Source: Rickettsiales bacterium
GTDB taxonomy: Bacteria > Pseudomonadota > Alphaproteobacteria > Rickettsiales > SXRF01
Length of the DNA stretch: 64,000 nucleotides
Assembly (NCBI GenBank): GCA_947459535.1
Contig: CANHDY010000001.1
Coordinates: 4,653 to 68,652 of the forward strand
Reading direction: 5' to 3'
Made by a program: the position numbers and the translations under genes
Notes under the pieces: generated by a model
Database searches by the model: none
What the model saw: only the letters and a program-made list of their open reading frames with translations
What the model was told of the DNA's origin: nothing
In this document: positions 17,690 through 26,509 of the stretch, one piece after another
Numbering within the stretch: position 1 is the stretch's first letter
How the letters are laid out: every line of letters starts with the position of its first letter

Positions 17690-18924
17690 GATAGTATTTC
17701 CTTCACCAGCCTCTCAGCCACTTGGGTTTTACTCTTCTTCGGCCATGGGTGCTGGCCATCTTTGGAAATGAATATCACCCGATTGTCATCATCACCAAAC
17801 ACTTTACCGCCGGAAACATCGTTGGCAAGCACCCAATCAGCGCCCTTGGCGTGATATTTCTTAGCCGCATGGCTTGCAAGCTTCTCGGTTTCTGCCGCAA
17901 AACCAACCACCAGGCGCGGGCGCTTCGTTTTGTGCTGCGCCACGCTTTTTAAAATATCCGGGTTTTCCTCAAGCTCCAGCGCCGGTTTTTTCCCCGTCTG
18001 TTTTTTGATTTTCTGCGCGGCTGGTTTCACATGCCAGTCCCCCACTGCGGCGGCAAACACCGCCACATCCACCGGAAGCAGCCTGTGCACCGCCTCATGC
18101 ATCTCGCGCGCTGTGGTCACATGCACGACCGAAACACCCGCAGGATCAGCAAGCTGCGTCGGCCCCGAAACCAGCGTCACCTTCACACCCACCTTGGCAA
18201 GCGCCGCCGCAATCGCATGCCCCTGCTTGCCGCTGGAGCGATTGGCAATATAGCGCACCGGATCAATCGGTTCATGCGTCGGGCCAGAGGTGACGAGAGC
18301 GGTGATACTCTTTGACCCCCTCTCCCTTTCAGGGAGAGGGTTGGGGTGAGGGTTATGTCTTTTACCCCCCTCACCCTGCCCTCTCCCCGCAGGGGAGAGG
18401 GTTCTAAGCACCACTTCCACAATCTCCTGCGGCTCGGCCATACGCCCGGGGCCTTCTTCGCCGCAGGCCAGCATGCCGACACCCGGCTCGATCACTTCCG
18501 CGCCGTCAGCCTTGAGCTGCGCCACGTTGCGCTGCGTGGCGGGGTGGCGCCACATCTGCGTGTTCATCGCTGGTGCTACGAGCAGTTTTTTATTGTTAGC
18601 AAGCAGCGTGGCGGTTGCCATATCATCGGCAATCCCATGCACCATCTTGGCGATAATATCGGCAGTTGCAGGTGCCACGAGCAGCAAATCCGTTTCGCGT
18701 GAGAAACGAATATGCCACATGTCCTTCTTTTCCTTGGGCGAGAATAAATCCGTGGAAACGGGATTGCCCGAAAGCTTTTCCAGTTCTTTCACATTCACAA
18801 ATTCGCTGCCGCCGCGCGTGACAATGCAGTGCACACCAATCTTCTTTTGACGCAGCAGGCTAATAAGCGCCGGCGCCTTAATCGCCGCAATCGAACCGCT
18901 GATGATGAGGGTAATGGAGGGCAT
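17674..18924 (-). CDS. coaBC: bifunctional phosphopantothenoylcysteine decarboxylase/synthetase
   Basis: 'ISGSIAAIK', 'PAMN..M', 'VTSGPTHEPIDPVRYIANRSSGKQG'. Start set at 'MPSITLII'; upstream codons are a translated repeat. Confidence 0.9.
   Translation of the reverse strand: MPSITLIISGSIAAIKAPALISLLRQKKIGVHCIVTRGGSEFVNVKELEKLSGNPVSTDLFSPKEKKDMWHIRFSRETDLLLVAPATADIIAKMVHGIADDMATATLLANNKKLLVAPAMNTQMWRHPATQRNVAQLKADGAEVIEPGVGMLACGEEGPGRMAEPQEIVEVVLRTLSPAGRGQGEGGKRHNPHPNPLPERERGSKSITALVTSGPTHEPIDPVRYIANRSSGKQGHAIAAALAKVGVKVTLVSGPTQLADPAGVSVVHVTTAREMHEAVHRLLPVDVAVFAAAVGDWHVKPAAQKIKKQTGKKPALELEENPDILKSVAQHKTKRPRLVVGFAAETEKLASHAAKKYHAKGADWVLANDVSGGKVFGDDDNRVIFISKDGQHPWPKKSKTQVAERLVKEILSSLRA
18316..18403. 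repeat. G/C-rich tripartite palindromic element, family A (CCCTCTCCC..GGGAGAGGG / GGGGTGAGGG..CCCTCACCC / CCCTCTCCCC..GGGGAGAGGG)
   Basis: Three consecutive hairpins read directly. Lies inside coaBC. Confidence 0.85.
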
Positions 18925-18942
18925 AGCTACCACATTTAAAGT

Positions 18943-18970
18943 GTCATCCCGAGCTTGTCGAGGGATCTCA
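18943..18970. repeat. GTCATCCCGAGC-type half element
   Basis: gtcatcccgagcttgtcgagggatctca. Gives the spurious 'EIPRQARDDT' N-terminal extension of the coaBC ORF. Confidence 0.6.
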
Positions 18971-19009
18971 AGATCTTTCGACTTCCCCCGCAATAAATGC
19001 CGGGTTCGC

Positions 19010-21763
19010 TCAAGATGACAACTGTTTTAGTTTATACAGTATCTCCAGCGCTTCTTTTGGCGAGAGTGTATCGGGGTTGATGCTTTCTAACTCTGCCAAA
19101 ACCGTCTCTCCTTTTGCGGGAGGTGGCTGATTGGCGGGGGTAGAAGAATAGCTAAAGAGCGGCAAGCTCGCCGGCACCTCCTGCGAATGTTCTGCCTCAA
19201 GCTGGCGCAGAATCTCGCTGGCGCGGCTTATCACCGGCTCAGGCAGCCCCGCCAGCTTCGCCACGTGAATACCGTAGGAACGATCCGCCGTGCCGCTCGT
19301 CACCTCATGCAGAAACACCAGCTCGCCCTTCCATTCCTTCACTTTCATCGTGTAGCAGGCAAGCGCTGGCAGCGTGCCCGTCAGCTGGGTCAGCTCGTGG
19401 TAGTGGGTGGCAAAAAGTGCGCGCGCTTTGGTCACATGGTGCAGATGCTCCACCACCGCCCACGCGATGGAAAGACCATCAAACGTCGCGGTGCCACGCC
19501 CAATTTCATCAAGGATAATCAGCGAGCGCGAGGTGGCCTGATTCAAAATGGTGGCGGTTTCCACCATCTCCACCATGAAGGTGGATTGCCCGCGCGCCAA
19601 ATCATCCGCCGCGCCCACGCGTGAAAACAGCTTATCCACGATGCCAACACGCGCCGATTCCGCCGGCACAAAACCGCCCATCTGCGCCATGATGGCGATC
19701 AACGCATTCTGGCGCAGGAAGGTTGATTTACCGGCCATGTTCGGGCCGGTGAGCAACCACAAATGCTTATCGGGTGCAAGGCTGGTATCATTGCCGATGA
19801 AAGGTTGCTGGCTGGTTTTGGCCAGCGCCGCCTCCACCACCGGATGACGCCCCTTTCGAATCTCAAACTCCAGCGATCCGTTGATTTCCGGGCGAACATA
19901 ACGGCGTTTGGCGGCAAGCTCAGCCAACGCCGCCACCACATCAAGATGCGCCAGCGCACGTGCGGACGCCACCACGCGCGGCGCGGCGTCAAGCACCTCA
20001 GCGACCAGCTCCGCAAAAATCTCAAGCTCCAGTTTCAGCGCCTTATCACCCGCTTCGCTGATGCTGCGCTCCAGCTCAGAAAGCTCCACGGTGGTGTAGC
20101 GCAGATTATTCGCCAGCGTCTGGCGGTGGATAAAATCCTGCGTCACCTTACTCTGGTGCGCCTGCGTAATTTCAATGTAATAACCAAGAATGTTGTTATA
20201 GCGAATCTTCAGTGTATTGATGCCGGTGGCGTCAATGTAGCGCTGCTGCAGCGCCGCGATGCGCCGCGCGCCCTCATGCTTCAGCGAGCGCAGCTCGTCG
20301 AGCGCCGCATGGTAGCCGCTGGCGATAAAATCACCGTCGCGCGCAAACAGCCCCGCCTCCGGTTTGATCGCGGACTTAAGCCGCTGGATGAGTGTTTCAT
20401 GGCCGCCCAGCTCGCCGCGCTTCTGCGCCAGCTCCTCTGGTAGTGCTGACGAGTCCTGCAGCTCCAGTGCCATGCGAATCTGCTGCGCGGCGTCCAGCGC
20501 CTGAGCAATGGAGAGTAAATCCCTTGGCCCACCGCGCGCAAGCGACAGCCGTGCCAGTGCCCGCTCCATATCTGGCGCATTCTTGAGCTGTTCGCGCACG
20601 GCGCTGCGAAGGCTGGCTTCATCTTTAAACAGCATCACCTGCTCCTGCCGGCGAAGAATCGCCTGTGGGTCGGTCAGCGGCGCGCATAGCCAGCTGGCCA
20701 GCAGCCTTGCGCCGCTGGCGGTGACGGTCTCATCCATTACCCAAAACAGGCTACCCCGGCGCTCGGCGGATAAGGTCTGCATCAGCTCAAGGTTGCGCAG
20801 GCTCGCCGCATCAATCTGCATGTGGCTGGCTGGCAGCTGACGCGTGGGTGCATCCAGACGCGGCATCGCGGTTTTCTGCGTGAGGCGCACATAATCCAGC
20901 AGCACGCCACACGCCGCCAGCTCGCCCGGCATGAAATCCCCAAACACACTCAGCGTCGCCACGGCGTAATACTCGGTCATGATGCGCGTAGCGCGCGCCG
21001 GATCAAACAGATGGGCGGGCAGCCGCGTCAGCTGGCTCTGCCACATCGGCTGCCATGCACTTTGCTCGCCGTCTGCCAGCAGAATCTCGCGCGGGGCAAT
21101 GCGCGAAAGTTCGGCGGCGATCTGCTCCGGCGCCACCATCGCCACACGAAACTCACCGGTGGTGATGTCCAGCCAGGCAAGGCTTGCCGACGCCTGCCCG
21201 CGAGCTGGCGCCACCAACGCGCATAAATACTGCGAACTGCGGCCATCAAGCAGCGTGTCTTCAGTAATCGTTCCCGGCGTCACAATACGCACCACATCGC
21301 GCGCCACCACTGCTTTGTAACCGCGTTTTTTGGCTTCTTCCGGTGTTTCCAGCTGCTCGGCAATGGCCACGCGCAGCCCGGCGCGGATCAGCTTTTCAAG
21401 GTAAGTATCATAGGCATGCACCGGCACGCCGCACATCGGAATATCCTCGCCGGCATGCTTGCCACGCTTGGTCAGCGCAATATCCAGTACCTGCGACGCC
21501 ACCGCTGCATCCTCAAAAAACAGCTCGTAAAAATCGCCCATGCGATAAAACAGCAGACAGTCCGGATGCGCCGCCTTCAGCGCCAGATATTGCGCCATGG
21601 CGGGCGTCGTTTTTTCCTCCCCCCCTTGAGGGAGGAGGTTAGGAGGGGGGGTGACAACTGTTCTGCCTGAGCGTATGTCACCCCCCACCCCGCCCTCCCC
21701 CTCAAGGGGGGAGGGAGAAATATCTTCCAAAACAACTGCTTGTTTAGCCATACCCATTGTCAC
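19010..21763 (-). CDS. mutS: DNA mismatch repair protein MutS
   Basis: 'TPAMAQYL..K....[14 protein letters not shown]', 'GPNMAGKST', 'DEIGRGT'. The N-terminus contains a repeat element, so the start is uncertain. Confidence 0.92.
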   Translation of the reverse strand: MTMGMAKQAVVLEDISPSPLEGEGGVGGDIRSGRTVVTPPPNLLPQGGEEKTTPAMAQYLALKAAHPDCLLFYRMGDFYELFFEDAAVASQVLDIALTKRGKHAGEDIPMCGVPVHAYDTYLEKLIRAGLRVAIAEQLETPEEAKKRGYKAVVARDVVRIVTPGTITEDTLLDGRSSQYLCALVAPARGQASASLAWLDITTGEFRVAMVAPEQIAAELSRIAPREILLADGEQSAWQPMWQSQLTRLPAHLFDPARATRIMTEYYAVATLSVFGDFMPGELAACGVLLDYVRLTQKTAMPRLDAPTRQLPASHMQIDAASLRNLELMQTLSAERRGSLFWVMDETVTASGARLLASWLCAPLTDPQAILRRQEQVMLFKDEASLRSAVREQLKNAPDMERALARLSLARGGPRDLLSIAQALDAAQQIRMALELQDSSALPEELAQKRGELGGHETLIQRLKSAIKPEAGLFARDGDFIASGYHAALDELRSLKHEGARRIAALQQRYIDATGINTLKIRYNNILGYYIEITQAHQSKVTQDFIHRQTLANNLRYTTVELSELERSISEAGDKALKLELEIFAELVAEVLDAAPRVVASARALAHLDVVAALAELAAKRRYVRPEINGSLEFEIRKGRHPVVEAALAKTSQQPFIGNDTSLAPDKHLWLLTGPNMAGKSTFLRQNALIAIMAQMGGFVPAESARVGIVDKLFSRVGAADDLARGQSTFMVEMVETATILNQATSRSLIILDEIGRGTATFDGLSIAWAVVEHLHHVTKARALFATHYHELTQLTGTLPALACYTMKVKEWKGELVFLHEVTSGTADRSYGIHVAKLAGLPEPVISRASEILRQLEAEHSQEVPASLPLFSYSSTPANQPPPAKGETVLAELESINPDTLSPKEALEILYKLKQLSS
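21616..21716. repeat. tripartite palindromic element, family B (C7/G7 type)
   Basis: cctcccccccttgagggaggagg / gggggggtgaca..tgtcacccccc / ccctccccctcaagggggggaggg. Lies inside the mutS 5' region. Confidence 0.85.
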
Positions 21764-21831
21764 AAAAACTTAATTTTTATTTATGCCGATGGGTACTATA
21801 CTAGCAGCTATCGTCATGACAAAGGAAAAAC

Positions 21832-22402
21832 CATGAGCGCCATCAGCCCGGATCATTTCAGACCCAAACAAACTGCGGCGCAAATCGCCATCACTATCAA
21901 ACATTACCGGCTGGACGGCGAAAATTCATCGGCCATGCCAAGAGCAAACGCAGCCAGCGCAAAACCACACCGTGAAAGCTTTGGCAGAGCGCTGGATGAT
22001 GATGCACCACTTAACTCGGAGGCACAGCAACTTGCAGAACAACTAGACGCCCTGATTCGCGGTGAAAATCTCAGAGATGAGCAGGGATTTATGATAGCTG
22101 CCCGCGCGTTTATTGATGCCAAAATAGAAGCTGAGCAGCATCTGATAGAAGAAAAAAATAGTGGCGTTAGCAATGAGGTACAGAGCTTACTTATTGGCAG
22201 CACTGATGCCAATTCGGAAAGTAAAGCCCCGCGAGAAGTAATGGTAAAGAGATCTGCCAGTCTTGACCAGCGCGCAGCCGCAGAAATCGAAAGCGGCGAA
22301 AAACGAATTGAAAATTACCGAGCCGTTCAAACGCTATTCAATGATCTTTCTGCGGTATTAGAAAATGGCCGCGAGCAATCCGGCGGGCGCGGCGTCGCCT
22401 GA
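21832..22402 (+). CDS. hypothetical protein
   Basis: AAGGA lies upstream of ATG 21832. Helical and charged composition. No family recognised. Confidence 0.45.
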
Positions 22403-22494
22403 GCCGGTTCGATTTTCCTTGCCTTTCGCCTGTTCTTGTGCGATGCACATTTTTCCTTTGTAAAACACCAACTTATGCTGCGGTGCAGCATAAG

Positions 22495-22584
22495 CACGTG
22501 GTTATCGTGGCTCGTGGTTATCGTGGTTGAATAAAATTTTCACGACAATCACGATAGTCACGACAATCACGGCCATCACGAGCC
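22495..22584. repeat. CGTGGTT-unit array (arm 1), AT loop, CACGA-unit array (arm 2)
   Basis: cgtggttat cgtggct cgtggttat cgtggttg / aataaaatttt / cacgacaat cacgatagt cacgacaat cacggccat cacgagcc. Confidence 0.9.
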
Positions 22585-22589
22585 TTAAA

Positions 22590-24908
22590 ATGACCAAATA
22601 CGAAAAAGAACCGATCACCGACGCCGAAGCCCTCGCCTACCACGCGGAAGGCCAGCCCGGCAAGCTCTCCATCCTGCCGACCAAGCCGCTGATGACGCAG
22701 CGCGATCTGTCGCTGGGCTATTCGCCGGGTGTGGCGGTGCCCTGCCTTGAGATTGAGAAAGACCCTTCCAAAGCCTACGACTACACCGCGCGCGGCAATT
22801 TTGTGGCGGTGGTATCAAACGGCACCGCCGTGCTCGGCCTTGGTAATCTTGGCGCGCTCGCCAGCAAACCGGTGATGGAAGGCAAGGCGATTTTGTTTAA
22901 GCGCTTTGCGGATATTGATGCGATTGACCTTGAGGTTGATACGCGCGATGCGGACGAATTCATCAACTGTGTGAAGCTGCTCGGGCCCAGCTGGGGCGGC
23001 ATTAATCTGGAAGATATTGCGGCGCCGGAATGTTTCATCATCGAGCAGAAGCTGCGCGAGGTAATGGATATTCCCGTGTTCCACGATGACCAGCACGGCA
23101 CCGCCATCATCACCGCCGCCGGCCTCATCAACGCGGCGCACCTGACCGGCCGTGATTTTAAAGATATTAAAATGGTGGTGCTCGGCGCCGGCGCGGCGGG
23201 CATAGCGTGCCTGGAGCTGGTCAAGCGCATGGGCATTAAGCACGAGAATGCTCTGCTCGTCGATAAATCCGGCGTCATTTACGAAGGCCGCACCGAAGGC
23301 ATGAACCAGTGGAAATCCGCCCATGCGGTCAAAACCAGCAAACGCACGCTGGCAGACGCGATGGAAGGCGCGGACATGTTCATGGGACTGGCCGCGAAAG
23401 GCGCCGTCACTAAAGAGATGGTGAAATCGATGGCGAAGAACCCGATTATTTTCGCCATGGCGAATCCCGATCCGGAGATCACGCCGGAAGATGTGCGCTC
23501 GGTCAGAAGCGATGCGATTATTGCCACCGGCCGCAGCGACTATCCGAACCAGGTCAATAATGTGATGGGCTTTCCATACATCTTCCGCGGTGCGCTGGAT
23601 TGCCGTGCCTCGCAGATCAATGAGGAGATGAAAATCGCGGCCGCTGAAGCCATCGCCGCGCTCGCGCGTGAAGATGTGCCGGAAGAAGTACTTGCCGCCT
23701 ATGCTGGCCGCCAGATGGAATATGGCCCGGAATACATCATTCCCGCGCCGTTTGACCCAAGGCTGATGACCACCGTGCCGGTGGCCGTGGCGCAGGCCGC
23801 GATGCGCACCAAAGTGGCACGCAAACCGATCATCGATATTGGCGCTTATAAAAAAGAGCTGGCCGCCCGCCGCGACCCGACCGCCAACTCCATGCAGCAG
23901 ATTTTCGATAAAGTACGCGAAAATCCGCAGCGTGCGATTTTTGCTGAAGGCGAAGAAGAAAAAATCATCCGCGCTGCCGTACAGTGGCGTGATAATGGCT
24001 ACGGCCAGCCGATCTTAGTGGGCCGCGAAGAGCGCATCCACGAGCTGATGAAAAAAATGGGCGTGGTCGATTATAACAATATCGAAGTCGCCAATGCCGC
24101 GAAAAGCAAGCATGTCGATGAGTATATTGACTATCTCTACCCTCGCCTCAACCGTCAGGGCTTCCTCTACCGCGACGTCGCGCGCATGGTGAAAAATGAT
24201 CGCAATATCTTCGCTGCCTGCATGTTGCAGGCGGGGCATGGCGACCTGATGATCACCGGTATGACGCGCAACTATAGCATGTCGCTCGATAACATCACCC
24301 GCGTGATTGATGTGAAAAAGGACGAGTTCCTGTTTGGCATCACCATGGTGATGGCCAAGGGTAAAACCCTGTTCTTCGGCGACACTGCCGTGCAGGAACT
24401 GCCGGAAGCGGAAAAGCTTGCCAAGATCGCTGTTTCCATGGCAACCAAAGCGCGCAAAATGGGTCATGACCCGCGCGTAGCGCTGCTTTCCTACTCCACC
24501 TTCGGCAACCCGATGCGCGAGAAATCCGCGCGTATCCGCGACGCCGTGAAAGTGCTCGATAACATGAAGGTCGATTTCGAATATGACGGCGAGATGTCCG
24601 CTGAAGTGGCGCTGAACAAAGAGCTGATGAGCCTCTATCCGTTCTGCCGCCTCTCGGCACCCGCCAACGTGCTGGTCATGCCGGCGCTGCATTCGGCGCA
24701 TATCGCCTCAAACCTGCTGCAGGAGCTTTCCGACAACGTCACCATCGGGCCGATCACCATGGGGCTTTCGCGCCCGGCGCAGATTGTGCAGATGTCGGCA
24801 ACGATTTCGGAAATCTTAAACCTTGCCGCCATCGCTGCGATGGAAGCGATCGAGGAGCAGCAATCCAAAATCGCACCGATCAAAAAAGGCAAAAAGGCGA
24901 AAGCTTAA
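22590..24908 (+). CDS. maeB: NADP-dependent malic enzyme (with PTA-like C-terminal domain)
   Basis: 'DLSLGYSPGVA', 'FHDDQHGTA', 'GAGAAG', and a long PTA-like C-terminal domain. Confidence 0.92.
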   Translation: MTKYEKEPITDAEALAYHAEGQPGKLSILPTKPLMTQRDLSLGYSPGVAVPCLEIEKDPSKAYDYTARGNFVAVVSNGTAVLGLGNLGALASKPVMEGKAILFKRFADIDAIDLEVDTRDADEFINCVKLLGPSWGGINLEDIAAPECFIIEQKLREVMDIPVFHDDQHGTAIITAAGLINAAHLTGRDFKDIKMVVLGAGAAGIACLELVKRMGIKHENALLVDKSGVIYEGRTEGMNQWKSAHAVKTSKRTLADAMEGADMFMGLAAKGAVTKEMVKSMAKNPIIFAMANPDPEITPEDVRSVRSDAIIATGRSDYPNQVNNVMGFPYIFRGALDCRASQINEEMKIAAAEAIAALAREDVPEEVLAAYAGRQMEYGPEYIIPAPFDPRLMTTVPVAVAQAAMRTKVARKPIIDIGAYKKELAARRDPTANSMQQIFDKVRENPQRAIFAEGEEEKIIRAAVQWRDNGYGQPILVGREERIHELMKKMGVVDYNNIEVANAAKSKHVDEYIDYLYPRLNRQGFLYRDVARMVKNDRNIFAACMLQAGHGDLMITGMTRNYSMSLDNITRVIDVKKDEFLFGITMVMAKGKTLFFGDTAVQELPEAEKLAKIAVSMATKARKMGHDPRVALLSYSTFGNPMREKSARIRDAVKVLDNMKVDFEYDGEMSAEVALNKELMSLYPFCRLSAPANVLVMPALHSAHIASNLLQELSDNVTIGPITMGLSRPAQIVQMSATISEILNLAAIAAMEAIEEQQSKIAPIKKGKKAKA

Positions 24909-24914
24909 CCTATT

Positions 24915-24946
24915 CCCTCTGCCTTTGGGAGAGGGTTAGGGGTGAG
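24915..24946. repeat. family A element, partial
   Basis: ccctctgcctttgggagagggttaggggtgag, located between the maeB and relE stop codons. Confidence 0.7.
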
Positions 24947-24951
24947 CGCTT

Positions 24952-25215
24952 TTACTCATACACATCCTTGCGATGATCAATCGCAGTGATGACGACGCAT
25001 CGTCGCATCGGATCGATGAGATAGATCACGCGATAATCACCAACGCGCAGGCTGCGTAGACCCGAGAGGTTATGCCTGAGTGGCTTGCCAAACATTAAGG
25101 GTTCGCTGCCAAGTTTTTTTTCGATTGCATCAGCAACCTGCTGCCTAACTGCTTTCGGGAGTAACGGAATATCGACCTCTATGACGTCCGGTCGATATTC
25201 AATCGGCCAGCTCAT
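24952..25215 (-). CDS. RelE/ParE-family type II toxin
   Basis: 87 aa with 'LRSLRVGDYRVIY.I'. Overlaps the upstream antitoxin by 4 nt. Confidence 0.75.
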   Translation of the reverse strand: MSWPIEYRPDVIEVDIPLLPKAVRQQVADAIEKKLGSEPLMFGKPLRHNLSGLRSLRVGDYRVIYLIDPMRRCVVITAIDHRKDVYE

Positions 25216-25433
25216 TTCCAGGCATCTTTATGTGGAATATTTTTGCCGCCTTTGGCGAGTCGCTCATCCGACAATCTTGAAAAGTATAAATCTTCCTGAA
25301 GCTCAAGCCCCAACTCAATCAAATCTTTCGCCGCCATGGAGACACTCTTGCCCTCATGCTTGGCAAAGAGCGACAGCATCTCATGTAAATCCTTGTTCAT
25401 GGTGATGTTCACGCGCGGCTGGTTGGTGGGCAT
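25212..25433 (-). CDS. ribbon-helix-helix antitoxin
   Basis: 73 aa. The N-terminal 'RVNITMNKDLHEML' fits a beta-strand plus helices pattern. Paired with the toxin. Confidence 0.65.
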   Translation of the reverse strand: MPTNQPRVNITMNKDLHEMLSLFAKHEGKSVSMAAKDLIELGLELQEDLYFSRLSDERLAKGGKNIPHKDAWK

Positions 25434-25454
25434 AGCAATCTCCTTTCATTAAAC

Positions 25455-25470
25455 GTTACACTAGTGTAAC
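25455..25470. promoter_or_regulatory. perfect 16-bp palindrome GTTACACTAGTGTAAC, candidate TA operator
   Basis: Lies about 20 nt upstream of the antitoxin start on the transcribed side. Confidence 0.5.
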
Positions 25471-25572
25471 ACCTGCGTCAAGCAACAAAGATTCTCGAAA
25501 GGCATGCAGCACATTTACCGCTGCCCCGGAAGAGGAAATATTTTCTCATCCCATTGATATAATGGATAAAAT

Positions 25573-25588
25573 TGTTTCACGTGAAACA
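25573..25588. repeat. palindrome TGTTTCACGTGAAACA (copy 1)
   Basis: Perfect 16-bp palindrome with a CACGTG core. Confidence 0.9.
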
Positions 25589-25605
25589 TTTTTCTTGCCC
25601 TCAAT

Positions 25606-25689
25606 CCCCTCTCCCCTCCGAGGAGAGGGTTAGGGTGAGGGGGACAGCGGTTTAGGCCTCTCCCTTCCAGGGAGAGGGTTAGCGGAGGG
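25606..25689. repeat. two family A elements in tandem
   Basis: cccctctcccctccgaggagagggttagggtgaggggg and cctctcccttccagggagagggttagcggaggg. Confidence 0.8.
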
Positions 25690-25698
25690 TTATCTCAA

Positions 25699-25718
25699 AT
25701 TGTTTCACGTGAAACAAT
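25699..25718. repeat. palindrome ATTGTTTCACGTGAAACAAT (copy 2)
   Basis: Perfect 20-bp palindrome. Shares AAATTGTTTCACGTGAAACA with copy 1. Confidence 0.9.
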
Positions 25719-25819
25719 TTTGACAGTGAATGTCACAAATCATCAATACAATTTCACCGACTTTTCACATTCCTTGCCATCGCAGCCTGCTATAATGGGC
25801 GGTATAAAGGAGATACCCC

Positions 25820-26188
25820 ATGTCCCACCCGGCTTTTAACCAGAATTCTGAAATGTCCGCCATGCGCGAGGACTTAGCCAATCGTGCCTTTCGAATCAAA
25901 ATGGTGGGGTCTGTGCTTACCTTAGGGCTGGTGGCATTAGCGATCGTAATGCCCGGACTAGGTGTAACGGGAATGCTACTGACACTAGGCACTTCTGCGC
26001 TGACGGCATTGATCACCACTCGAGCAGCCAAACGCCTGGAAATAGACCAGGAGTTTCTGGAAAGCCGCATGCAAGGGCGCAACTGGTGGAACGGCTATAA
26101 AATGGAAATTGGCGGACAGCCCGATATCAGCATCGCCGCGCCGAGCTTGCCCAGCATTGCTGAAAAATCAGTAGGTCGTAAGCAGTAG
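25820..26188 (+). CDS. hypothetical membrane protein
   Basis: AGGAG lies 6 nt upstream of the start. Two predicted TM helices. Confidence 0.5.
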   Translation: MSHPAFNQNSEMSAMREDLANRAFRIKMVGSVLTLGLVALAIVMPGLGVTGMLLTLGTSALTALITTRAAKRLEIDQEFLESRMQGRNWWNGYKMEIGGQPDISIAAPSLPSIAEKSVGRKQ

Positions 26189-26509
26189 CTACTCTTTAAA
26201 ATCCCACGGCTTCACGCGGTACTGCATTTGAATCAGCATCGCCTTACCGATGCGCAGGCTGAAAAGCGCCCCAAAGATAATGAACGGCAGCCAGATCGCC
26301 GCGTGCACCCAGTAGGGCGGCTGGAGCTTGATGTCGAGTATCGCCGCGCCCACGGCCGCCAGCGCACCCACAATCACAATCCCGAAGAAAGCAGGCCCAT
26401 CCCCCTGCTCATGCTCCTTAAGCGGCAGGGCGCACACACCGCAGCGATCCACCACCGTGGTCAGGCCAGAAAAAAGCCTACCCTTGCCGCAGCGTGGGCA
26501 AGCGAGCAT
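26189..26509 (-). CDS. DUF983-family zinc-ribbon membrane protein
   Basis: 'CPRCGKG.LF........C..C' followed by TM helices. Stop/start overlap with ctaE. Confidence 0.75.
   Translation of the reverse strand: MLACPRCGKGRLFSGLTTVVDRCGVCALPLKEHEQGDGPAFFGIVIVGALAAVGAAILDIKLQPPYWVHAAIWLPFIIFGALFSLRIGKAMLIQMQYRVKPWDFKE

Noticed and set aside
22403-22430. tRNA-like T-loop string 'ggttcgatt'
   Set aside because: There is no complementary T-stem, no acceptor stem and no anticodon arm around it. It is not a tRNA or a recognisable tRNA fragment.
22527-22589. TTG-initiated extension of maeB ('MNKIFTTITIVTTITAITSLK')
   Set aside because: This is a translation of arm 2 of the CGTGGTT array. MaeB homology starts at 'MTKYEKEP...' (ATG 22590). 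An upstream start cannot be excluded without experimental data.
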